Assembly (NCBI GenBank): GCA_024275665.1
Contig: JAJRYS010000018.1
Location: forward strand, 5,442 to 69,441
Source: an archaeon
Lineage (GTDB): Archaea; B1Sed10-29; JAJRYS01
Length of the DNA stretch: 64,000 bases
Direction of reading: 5' to 3'
Shown here: piece by piece, positions 19,758-27,783 of the stretch
How the letters are laid out: every line of letters begins with the position of its first letter
Position numbering within the stretch: position 1 is the first letter of the stretch
The notes under the pieces: generated by a model
Told to the model about the DNA's origin: nothing
The model's database searches: none
What the model saw: the letters and a program-made list of their open reading frames with translations, nothing else
Position numbers and translations under genes: made by a program

Positions 19758-19939
19758 AAAGCCTCAGTCCGCCTATCAATCATCATTCGCATGCCGCGGA
19801 AAAGCGTCTGATTGAGGATAATCATCATCGGCTGTTAATAATTATGAAAAATGTTGATTAAACAAACAAATGCTTTTAAATAAAATAAACTCAAACCAGT
19901 TTGAAAATTGATTTAATTATTAAAAACGAAAAAAAAGAT

Positions 19940-20526
19940 AATGAACAAAATAAGAATAAAAAAATTATCAAAAAAAAGAAGAGTACCTTCTTGAATTATT
20001 TCTAGGAGATGGGTATTTTTCAATAGATAAGAATAAGCATTACAAAACTTGTTTTTGTCTAAATCCAAAAAAAGACTTCTTGATAATGCTTAAAGTGGTA
20101 TTATTACTAAAAAAGATTGAGTTAAATTCTTATCTTATTAATAATAATGGATGTGTTGAGGTAAAAGTAAATTCAATACTATTTATGGATTATATGAAAG
20201 AAAGTTTGAAAAAATGGTGGGATGAACCGGAAAGTTATTTACTTGGAGTTATTAGTGGTCTTATTGATTCTGACGGAAATATTGGCAATGGTGAAATAGT
20301 AATAACAAATAAGAACAAAAGTATTTTAAAGAAAGTAAAAGAAATTATTAATAAGAAGAATATTCACACTAAGTTGTGGATAAAACAAAACAAAGGAAAA
20401 GAGGATAAGTGGAAGTTTAATATTTACAAATTGAGAATTGGAACTGCTTTAAAAAACCTTGATCATTGTTCTTTAAAGGTTAAGTTCTTGAATAGTGGGG
20501 ATTCCGCAGCGACTAACAGGCATTAA
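19940..20526 (+). CDS. LAGLIDADG homing endonuclease, double-motif, apparent frameshift in A8 run near 5' end
   Basis: ATG at 19940 gives MNKIRIKKLSKK then stop; the other frame, open from 19959, reads …EEYLLELFLGDGYFSIDKNKH… and continues into the listed ORF containing LGVISGLIDSDGNI: two LAGLIDADG motifs about 100 aa apart. Confidence 0.7.
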
Positions 20527-20647
20527 AAATGCTTGTTAGTTGTAAGGGTAGGGCAGCTTGGAGTGCCCGTCGGGCTCATATGCGTTCCGGTTCCAAAAGG
20601 AACGCGGAAACACCCGAAGGTCAGAGGTTCAAATCCTCTCCCCGCTA
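20508..20647 (+). tRNA. initiator tRNA-Met(CAT) with two putative introns (acceptor stem after pos 4, and 37/38)
   Basis: A1:U72, AGCG|…|GGG acceptor pairing with CCCCGCT, U8A9, D-stem GGGC/GCCC with A14 and G18G19, anticodon stem with three G:C (TCGGG/CCCGA), loop CTCATA, T-arm AGAGG-TTCAAAT-CCTCT, discriminator A. Confidence 0.6.
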
Positions 20648-20743
20648 TTTAACATAATTATAACTGCATTGTTAAGGGAAGATAGTAGAGAAAAAAACCA
20701 TAGGTATTTTAGTATTCTCTGCTGACAACTGTTTCTTGTCTTA

Positions 20744-21229
20744 TTATCTTCCAGAAATTTCATTTAATATTTTTTTCTTAACTTTTTTGTTAAGTTCATT
20801 AATATCAATTTTTTCAAAATCTTTCTTACTTAATTCTTTCCTTAGCTCTAAAATTACTTCATTTGTTGCATTTCTTATTATGCTTTTTATCTCTTTATCT
20901 ATCATTCTTTGATTATTTTGTTTTTTGATAGATTCAATTACACTCTCAATCTCCCATTCATATCTTTCTTTTAAGATATTACTTATTGTATCTTTTTCTA
21001 AATCTCTTATTCTTTTAATATTATTTTCTTCTAATCTTTTCCTCAGTTCTTCTGCCCTGCGTTGTGAGGGGGTCTTCTTAGGCTTGTTAATCTTTTTCAC
21101 TGCTTCTTCGTAAGCTTGCCTGCGTGGATCTGTTAATGGTAGTATTGCCCATTCCCTCTTAATTCCATTAGGTAATGGAGTAAGGCTTGTCTTTTTTTTC
21201 CTGTATTTTTTATGTGGTCTATACACCAT
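20744..21229 (-). CDS. hypothetical basic protein
   Basis: 161 aa K/R/E-rich ORF, no recognisable motif. Confidence 0.35.
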   Translation of the reverse strand: MVYRPHKKYRKKKTSLTPLPNGIKREWAILPLTDPRRQAYEEAVKKINKPKKTPSQRRAEELRKRLEENNIKRIRDLEKDTISNILKERYEWEIESVIESIKKQNNQRMIDKEIKSIIRNATNEVILELRKELSKKDFEKIDINELNKKVKKKILNEISGR

Positions 21230-21313
21230 GCTTTTTTTATGTTATACAATGTTTATAAAGAAAGGAGGCTCCCTTTGGTTCCAGTATTCAACGAGTTTTG
21301 ACGTTGGTTTTTG

Positions 21314-21973
21314 TTATTCGCTTATTTTTTTGATGAATTCTTCTGCTTTTTTAATACTTGGCTGAAAAGGAAAAGAATTAAAAAATTCTTGCACTGAATT
21401 GGTTTCTGTTACCACTTCCAATACTTTCTCAATCAACTCTTTTTCATCATTACTGAGATCAGAATCATAGAGAATAATTCTAACATCATCTCTTAGTACA
21501 GGACTTGAATAAGAATAAATCAAATTAAGAAGATTTAAAGAAAAATTTTCTATGTTCTTATCTTTTATTATTCTGTAGAATATTGCCACAGCATCAAGAT
21601 TTACCTCAGGGAATTTTGGGAGATTAAACATTAAAACATCATCACTTAAGTGCAAAAAATTTACATGATATAATTTTTTCAACTTTCTTGGTTTTTTCTT
21701 ACCTACTTTTGAATAATAATAAGACAAAAGAGTTCTTGCTTTGTTCCAAAAATTGTCTTTTGGAGAATATTCAAGAATTATGTTCTTTTCAACAAGTTCT
21801 CTTAGCTCTTTTTTTTCCAAAAATTTTACAACCTGCTCGCTTGGGGTTTTTCCATAAAATCCTTTTACATTCATTTTTAGCATTTCAACTATTGACTTTG
21901 GAGTCCTAGGAGCTGGAAACCTGCAAAATTCAATTATTTTCTTCCTTACTTCTTCCTTATCATAATTAGTCAT
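21314..21973 (-). CDS. hypothetical protein
   Basis: 219 aa ORF, codon usage consistent with neighbours. Confidence 0.35.
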   Translation of the reverse strand: MTNYDKEEVRKKIIEFCRFPAPRTPKSIVEMLKMNVKGFYGKTPSEQVVKFLEKKELRELVEKNIILEYSPKDNFWNKARTLLSYYYSKVGKKKPRKLKKLYHVNFLHLSDDVLMFNLPKFPEVNLDAVAIFYRIIKDKNIENFSLNLLNLIYSYSSPVLRDDVRIILYDSDLSNDEKELIEKVLEVVTETNSVQEFFNSFPFQPSIKKAEEFIKKISE

Positions 21974-22048
21974 GTTTTACAAAATAAGAAGTTTAAGTAT
22001 AAAAAAGTATTATAGTTATCTCTGGTTTTTTGTGAATATTAAAAATCT

Positions 22049-22291
22049 TTATTTTTGCACTAAAATCATGTCACTTATTGACTTCACTCTTCTGAACAGT
22101 ACGCTGTGTTTTTGAATTAGTTCTTTTGTATTTGAATCTATTCTTGTTAGTGGTTTTGTTAGTATTCTTACTGCTTCCCCTGTTTCCATATTTAGTATTA
22201 CGTCATTTACTTTTCCAATATACTTAGCGTCTGAAGTGTATATGTCCATTCCATATATTTTTGACAAGCTTACAGTCATCTGCGTCACCAT
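22049..22291 (-). CDS. PRC-barrel domain protein
   Basis: 80 aa; DAKYIGKVNDVILNMETGEAVRIL resembles PRC barrel, similar to paralog at 37599-37868. Confidence 0.45.
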   Translation of the reverse strand: MVTQMTVSLSKIYGMDIYTSDAKYIGKVNDVILNMETGEAVRILTKPLTRIDSNTKELIQKHSVLFRRVKSISDMILVQK

Positions 22292-22320
22292 TTAAGGTAA
22301 CGTGTTATTGGTTTAAAAGC

Positions 22321-22446
22321 TTATTCCTTATCTTTTATCAAGCTTACGAATATTTTTCTTTCAAGCTTGTAATCAGAACGCACGTGTCCTATTATTTCTT
22401 CAAGTTCTTTTACAGTCATTTCACCTATTTTCAAGTTTAAATTCAT
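22321..22446 (-). CDS. small ORF (41 aa) with strong Shine-Dalgarno
   Basis: GGAGGTG 7 nt upstream of ATG; MNLNLKIGEMTVKELEEIIGHVRSDYKLERKIFVSLIKDKE; below ORF-track size cut-off. Confidence 0.4.
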   Translation of the reverse strand: MNLNLKIGEMTVKELEEIIGHVRSDYKLERKIFVSLIKDKE

Positions 22447-22455
22447 CAAAACCAC

Positions 22456-22479
22456 CTCCGCATTTATCTAAATGCGGAG
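22456..22479 (-). terminator. 11-bp perfect hairpin between ATPase gene and small ORF
   Basis: CTCCGCATTTA TC TAAATGCGGAG. Confidence 0.4.
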
Positions 22480-22535
22480 CCAATGGGTAATGCTCATTGT
22501 GACTCCGCACGGCTTAACATGTTGTGAAATCACTC

Positions 22536-23795
22536 TCAGTCTGATGAGAGTATTTTTCTTACGTGAGGGGAGAGGGAGTAGATGTACCCTCTTCCCATCA
22601 TGTTTTCTCTTTCTTCTATCAAGGGATAAAGGTCTTTTATAGTGGGCCTGTTTTGTGGTTCGTTGTATTTTCCTTGCAGTCTTTTAAGCATGTGCCTCAC
22701 AGTATCATACTTGTCGTTTATTGATTTTGCTATTTCTACTGCTGTTTTAGGCTCTTCTTCAAACAAGAAAAGGAGTATTCTTCTTTGAAGAGGAGATATT
22801 GCTGTTAATAACTCGTGTTTTTCAAGATTGTAAGTTTGTTTTGGTACAAACTTGGGTGGTTCTCCTTCAACTAATTTTTCAAGGGTGCTTGTTTTTTCTT
22901 CAACTACCTCTATTGCTGGTTCTTCTTTTAACTCTTCTTTTATTGTTGAAAAACTCGGCTCATATATTGGTGTTGCTTCATCTCTTTTCATTTTAAAAAA
23001 TCTTTCAACATCTTCTTTTCTTATCTCATGCTTGTTGTTTTCAATAGCAAACTCTATCATGCGTGAGCAGTTTTCAATTATTTCTCTTGGAATATATTTT
23101 GAGTGTTCTGCTATTTTTTTCATAGCGTTTTCAGTAAATAAGTAATTGTTTGACTTCGCGAGCACTTCTATTCTTTTTTTAATCATGCCTATTGATTCTT
23201 TTTCTGTAAGTGGTCTTAGGCTTTCACATAATTCAAGCCTGTCAATTAAATATTCAGGTATCTTTTTATTTCCTTTTACTAATTCTGTTTTTCCAGCAAA
23301 TATTATTGAGAAGGAGGTTCCGCTTTCTGATAAATTTCTTAAGTATGAAAAAATGTGTTCATCTAATGCGTGAGCTTCGTCAATTATTAATAGTGTTTTT
23401 TTTCTTATTTGTTTGTTTATTTTTTCATAATCATTTTCATCTATTCTTATTAATCCTATTTTTTGAAGTAATTGGTTTCCACATAGCTCTTTTATTTTTT
23501 TTATTAAGTATGTTTTTTCAGGTGGTTCTTCAAATAAAATAACATTGTATTTGTTTTTGAAGTCTTCTGCTATTTTTTTTATCAGGGCTGTTTTTCCAAA
23601 TCCGTACTGCCCGTATATTACTGCGTAGTTTTTGTTCAGTTCTATGAATGAATAAACTTTACTTAGTATGTCTTCGAATCCTACGAATAATTCTGGCATA
23701 GTTACGTGAGTAAAAGGGTTTTTTACTTCCCATCCTTGTTTCTGCTGCCATTCTTCTATTTTTTTTATTTTTTCTTCAAAAAACATGTTTTTCAT
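22536..23795 (-). CDS. AAA+ ATPase with C-terminal winged helix (archaeal ATPase / AAA_22-like), not Orc1/Cdc6
   Basis: Walker A GQYGFGKTAL, Walker B LIIDEAHALD, C-terminal wHTH (LQRRILLFLFEEEPKTAVEIAKSIN…VRHMLKRL); lacks the Orc1 N-terminal LPxRE motif. Confidence 0.7.
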   Translation of the reverse strand: MKNMFFEEKIKKIEEWQQKQGWEVKNPFTHVTMPELFVGFEDILSKVYSFIELNKNYAVIYGQYGFGKTALIKKIAEDFKNKYNVILFEEPPEKTYLIKKIKELCGNQLLQKIGLIRIDENDYEKINKQIRKKTLLIIDEAHALDEHIFSYLRNLSESGTSFSIIFAGKTELVKGNKKIPEYLIDRLELCESLRPLTEKESIGMIKKRIEVLAKSNNYLFTENAMKKIAEHSKYIPREIIENCSRMIEFAIENNKHEIRKEDVERFFKMKRDEATPIYEPSFSTIKEELKEEPAIEVVEEKTSTLEKLVEGEPPKFVPKQTYNLEKHELLTAISPLQRRILLFLFEEEPKTAVEIAKSINDKYDTVRHMLKRLQGKYNEPQNRPTIKDLYPLIEERENMMGRGYIYSLSPHVRKILSSD

Positions 23796-23832
23796 AGTGT
23801 TTGTAATATTCTCTATTCTACTATATAAAAGT

Positions 23833-23976
23833 AACGAGTATTTCCGAGTAATTTATACTCGTTTTACTCGTTAATACTCGTTTAATTACTCGGTATTACT
23901 CGGTGATTTTACAATAATTACTCGTTTTTACCCGTTAGTTTTACTCGTTAATACCCGTTGAATTACTCGTTTACTC
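23833..23976. repeat. iteron array: about 13 copies of TACTCGTT (variants TACTCGG, TACCCGTT), spaced 9-12 bp, first two copies inverted
   Basis: Read directly: AACGAGTA…CGAGTAA…TACTCGTTT TACTCGTTAA TACTCGTTTAAT TACTCGG… TACCCGTT… TACTCGTT TACTC. Confidence 0.75.
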
Positions 23977-24147
23977 TTTTGAATTTAGACAGTCAGGTTC
24001 AGAGCTAACATAATACAAGAAGTAAGCCCCCCCTCTATACTGTTTTTGAAAAATAATTTTTGTTATTGTTTGAAAAATAGCGTTCCTTGTATTGGTTTTT
24101 TACTTATGTGAACAGCCTTTTTTCCTTAAATGCGTCACTGTTTTTTT

Positions 24148-24413
24148 GTGAGGGTTTGTTCTCACTTTAATTTGTGAGAGAAAAACCCTCACTTTTTGTG
24201 AGGATCGTTGAATCCTCACTTTTTTACAAGAGGTTTTTTGCCTTGCTTTCCTCTTGTTTTGTTTTTAATGCGTCACCACACCTGTTTATTGTGTTTCTCT
24301 CACTTTTTAAAACTTTATGCTTTTTTTATATCTCCTTTTTAAACTCTTTTTGTTTTCTCTCACTTTTTTCAAACAAAACCAATTGCAATTATTTTACACT
24401 AATTTCTCTCACT
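24148..24413. repeat. second repeat family: GTGAG(N)CTCAC palindromes followed by direct TTCTCTCACT(T/A)5-7 repeats
   Basis: GTGAGGGTTTGTTCTCAC, GTGAGAGAAAAACCCTCAC, GTGAGGATCGTTGAATCCTCAC, then TTCTCTCACTTTTT x2 and TTCTCTCACTAAAAAAA. Confidence 0.65.
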
Positions 24414-24579
24414 AAAAAAACAAAGATTAATACTTTTTAGTTTATATTAAAAAATTTATTAATTAATGTTAAAATTTTAATTATATTGCATTGTTAATAT
24501 ATATTTCTGTTAATAATATTTTTGGAAATCCTTAAATATGAAAACTCATTAATATAAATTACAATTAACAGGTGAGGCT

Positions 24580-24861
24580 ATGATTACCACTATTTTCTTC
24601 AAGGAAAAACCACTCCGTACCCTAGTATCTTTGGCTGACAATGAAAAAGTTTGGTATGCTTCAATGTTGTGTAAAGAAACAGACTGCACTTATCCTCATA
24701 TGCTGAAAATTCTCGGAATGTTTGAAAAAGAAGGACTGGTTAGAGCAGAGGGGCAGGGAAGGATTAGGATAGTAAGGTTGACTGAGAAAGGAGAAGATCT
24801 GGCTACTGAAGTGAAGGCACTGCTTAGGAGAATTGAAAAGCTTGAAGGTGGGAAAGAGTGA
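24580..24861 (+). CDS. winged-helix DNA-binding protein (93 aa)
   Basis: HTH-like YPHMLKILGMFEKEGLVRAEGQGRIRIVRLTEKG; 4-nt overlap with downstream GNAT-like gene. Confidence 0.5.
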   Translation: MITTIFFKEKPLRTLVSLADNEKVWYASMLCKETDCTYPHMLKILGMFEKEGLVRAEGQGRIRIVRLTEKGEDLATEVKALLRRIEKLEGGKE

Positions 24862-25427
24862 TTAGGGAAGCAGGAATAGAAGACCTTGATGCTTTGGTTG
24901 ATGTTTATCAAAAGGATGGTAGGAAGCATTCAAAGCCGTTAGGAGCTTATCCTGTTGCTGATTGGATTCTGCGCAAGACTGCTGTAGTAGTTCTTCATGA
25001 GAACAAGAAGGGAAAACCAGATGCTTTCATAGTAGTAAGGCCGAAGGGAGAGACAGCGAGCATTGACATGCTTAGTGTTAAGAGGTCTTGTAAAGAAGCT
25101 AATGAGGTTAAGAAGAGGTTGGTTGAGGAAGCTGGTAAGAAGTCAGGAGCGCGTGTGCTTACTGTTTATGTTTCTAAGAGGGACAAGCTTGTTGATTTTT
25201 TCAAGAAGAATGGGTTCAAGTTGGTTGAGGAGATCAAGGAGAGCAAGCAACTATTCTTTGCAAAAACTTTACGTTTATCCAGGAGGAAAAAACCTACAAG
25301 AATATTGCACAAAAAAGGGGTTTTTAAAAAACAGTTGAAAGAAAACCTAAGAAAACTTGAAGAAACATCAGGAGATGAGTTTGGGCCTGACTTGATTGAC
25401 TTGCTTGAAGAGCAAGGAAAATTATAA
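24858..25427 (+). CDS. GNAT-like acetyltransferase fold protein with Lys-rich tail
   Basis: Weak GNAT core (…IVVRPKGETASIDMLSV…KKRLVEEAGKKSGARVLTVYV…FFKKNGFKLVEE). Confidence 0.4.
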   Translation: MIREAGIEDLDALVDVYQKDGRKHSKPLGAYPVADWILRKTAVVVLHENKKGKPDAFIVVRPKGETASIDMLSVKRSCKEANEVKKRLVEEAGKKSGARVLTVYVSKRDKLVDFFKKNGFKLVEEIKESKQLFFAKTLRLSRRKKPTRILHKKGVFKKQLKENLRKLEETSGDEFGPDLIDLLEEQGKL

Positions 25428-25787
25428 GTTTATGCTTAGTTTTTGTTCGTCAAATTCTATTACTTTATTGTTAGCAAGGGTTTTCCAAGCTTCTCCAAGT
25501 CTTCTCACAGCAGTTGAGAATTCAGTGTTTAAGTAGTACTTCATTTGCCTGCGTTCAACCAAACCTAGCGACCTTAAGCGTTTGAATACTTTGTGCATTG
25601 TTGCTTTTGGAATTCCTTTTTCTTTGCAAAGCCTGGCAATGTCATAACCATCTGCTCCTTTCTTTTCTTGTATTGTTTTTAAAAACCAAGCAGCTGCTAT
25701 CCTGTACTTATCTTGTTTTGGATAAATAACTCTGATGAAACCCTCAAAGCTCATTCCTGTTGAAATGCGTTCATGATGAAAGTCCAT
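25422..25787 (-). CDS. winged-helix transcription regulator
   Basis: GYDIARLCKEKGIPKATMHKVFKRLRSLGLVERR. Confidence 0.5.
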   Translation of the reverse strand: MDFHHERISTGMSFEGFIRVIYPKQDKYRIAAAWFLKTIQEKKGADGYDIARLCKEKGIPKATMHKVFKRLRSLGLVERRQMKYYLNTEFSTAVRRLGEAWKTLANNKVIEFDEQKLSINL

Positions 25788-25966
25788 GTCAAAATCTCCT
25801 TTTTAGTAAACCAGTAAGTGGTTTGTAGGATTTCCACAAACAACTTGTTATACTAATAAGTAAACTTATATAAATACTCCTCTGTTGTACTTGCTCAACA
25901 ACCAGTTAAAAGCTAGAAAATAAGAGTTTTAAGGAGTTTGAGTTGGAAATTGCAAGGGTTTACTTT

Positions 25967-26590
25967 TTAGGAGAACATCTTTAGTCTTTGTCCATGAGAG
26001 TAAATCATTAAAATGAACAAGCCTGCTGTGAAGAAAATTAGGAACAAAGGGAATAAGAAGCTTGCAATTGATGGGAACCCTATTGCTTCTGCCACTTGGC
26101 TTATGCTTGAATTCTGCACGCTTACTACGAGTATTGGGGTTGTCTTACTTGTTATTGTTTCCTTGTTTGTTTGTTCAAGTCCCTTAATGCTTCCTATTTC
26201 AAAGAAGTTGGTTTGCGGTTGTGCTTTTTCTATTTTGTATTTTGGTATCACCATTGCAAAAGTTGTTAATAAAAAGAAGAGGATTACAACAGCAAACACA
26301 GGTTTTAATATTTCCACATGGCTTGCTCTTCTTCTGCGTGTTTTCCACTCTTTTTTCAAGAGTTTTACCTTAGTAGTTTTTAAGTTTTTTTCATCTAATT
26401 CTATTATGATTGAGCCAGTATAACCACAATCAGAGCAATAGTATTTTTCTGGTATCCCAAGTCCTACTATTTCTCCTGATTCTGGGTGCAGGGAAGCATA
26501 ATCAATGTTCCTGCTCCCGCATTTGGGGCAGATTAATGCTTTTCTTGTTGTTCTTGTTTTTATTGGCTTTTTTTTCTTTTTTGCAACCAT
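25967..26590 (-). CDS. zinc-ribbon membrane protein
   Basis: CPKCGSRN…CSDCGYTG then 3-4 TM helices. Confidence 0.45.
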   Translation of the reverse strand: MVAKKKKKPIKTRTTRKALICPKCGSRNIDYASLHPESGEIVGLGIPEKYYCSDCGYTGSIIIELDEKNLKTTKVKLLKKEWKTRRRRASHVEILKPVFAVVILFFLLTTFAMVIPKYKIEKAQPQTNFFEIGSIKGLEQTNKETITSKTTPILVVSVQNSSISQVAEAIGFPSIASFLFPLFLIFFTAGLFILMIYSHGQRLKMFS

Positions 26591-26591
26591 T

Positions 26592-26963
26592 TTAATCCCT
26601 GCTTATAACTCTCAATATAGTGTAAGTGTCGTAAATGTTTTTAGTTTTGTCATAACGGCTTTCATCATGCTCTATCACTCTTATGTTTATTTTATACTCT
26701 CCTGGCTGTATTGAATGCTTTCCGTACAATGGTATTGGTATTGTTTTTTCAGTTTTTGGTTTTATGAACCCTATTCTTTTTACTGCTTCTCTTTCCAAAC
26801 CAATCTTGTTAAAGCCAAGAGAGAAAGGAATTTTCACTATGAGCGAAACAAGTTTTGATTCATCTGAGTCATTTTTCACATACACGTTTAGCACTACTGG
26901 TTCTTTTTGTCCAGCAACCATTCTTATTGGAAGGAAGCTTGTAGTGATTTTCATGATAATCAA
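26592..26963 (-). CDS. hypothetical protein
   Basis: 123 aa ORF directly abutting upstream gene. Confidence 0.3.
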   Translation of the reverse strand: MIIMKITTSFLPIRMVAGQKEPVVLNVYVKNDSDESKLVSLIVKIPFSLGFNKIGLEREAVKRIGFIKPKTEKTIPIPLYGKHSIQPGEYKINIRVIEHDESRYDKTKNIYDTYTILRVISRD

Positions 26964-27192
26964 TTACTTATTATGTGTTTTTAACTCTTTTCATACGGGC
27001 ATATTTTGCATGAAAATATAGCACATAGTAAACATAATATTATTGCTTTTTGTTAATAATAACAATAGTATTAACAAAATAATATTATATTTTGGTTATC
27101 TTTTTTATTTTATTGTTTTTTATTAATATTTAACATTTTTTGAAACATTATTGCACTGAATTTTTTGTCTCACAAAAACAAAAACCATAAAA

Positions 27193-27783
27193 TTATTGCA
27201 AAAATTGTTTGTGGATACGGAAATTCAATAACTGCTCGCTGAAAGCATTCAAAACACGCCTAGCAGTGTCTTGTTTTTGCTTCAACCCAGGCACTATGCT
27301 ATTAGGATATACAAACTCAGAGAATTTGTAGTATAATTCCTCAAGCTCGTCGTATAATCCTTCAGCTTCCCTGATTCTTCCTTCTGCAAGAAACTGCATT
27401 CCCACTCGCTTCAACTCTCCGATGGCATCTCCTAAGCCAAGCAAGTAATATTCTGCAGGAATGCTCAAGACAGGTAGTTTTTTGTTCTTCAAATAATTCA
27501 GAAATATCATCAGCTCTGCGTATTCCTGGTAAGCAGTTCCAAGCACTGGTTTCACCATGTCAGGGTGTTTTTTCAACAGCTTCTCAATCCTCTTAATCTT
27601 CATGTCAATCTTCTTAGCACTCTTCCAAGCCTTATCAACCTTCCCCTTCTGCACGTCCCTAATAGCCTGAGCGCACAAGGGAATGATCTCACGCTGTGCT
27701 TTAAGCGCTTCTTCTCTTACCTTGACTTTTTCATCAAGCTCGCTGATAATTTTTTTCATCATTCCAACAACTCCTTTGTTCAT
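27193..27783 (-). CDS. translin-family protein
   Basis: All-helical 196 aa; YLLGLGDAIGELKRVGMQF matches the translin/TRAX YLxGLADLTGELMR motif. Confidence 0.55.
   Translation of the reverse strand: MNKGVVGMMKKIISELDEKVKVREEALKAQREIIPLCAQAIRDVQKGKVDKAWKSAKKIDMKIKRIEKLLKKHPDMVKPVLGTAYQEYAELMIFLNYLKNKKLPVLSIPAEYYLLGLGDAIGELKRVGMQFLAEGRIREAEGLYDELEELYYKFSEFVYPNSIVPGLKQKQDTARRVLNAFSEQLLNFRIHKQFLQ

Noticed and set aside
19760-19840. C/D box sRNA on minus strand (two ATGATGA boxes, a CTGA, and a possible AGCC/GGCT terminal stem)
   Set aside because: Spacing between the C and C' boxes (35 nt) is too long and there is no clean D' box; the ATGATGA elements are better explained as direct repeats flanking the conserved CCGCGG motif. 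Left as unresolved, not called
22500-22535. Hammerhead-like CUGAUGAG sequence
   Set aside because: No flanking helices I/II/III or GAAA element could be formed; it lies within the 3' end/stop region of the ATPase gene
23833-23976. CRISPR array
   Set aside because: Repeat unit is only 8 nt with 1-4 nt spacers and variable orientation; no cas genes, no leader; this is an iteron array, not CRISPR
24174-24440. 88-aa ORF across the CTCAC repeat array
   Set aside because: Reading frame is a by-product of the direct repeats (F/L/S-rich, no start context); the region is better explained as non-coding iterons
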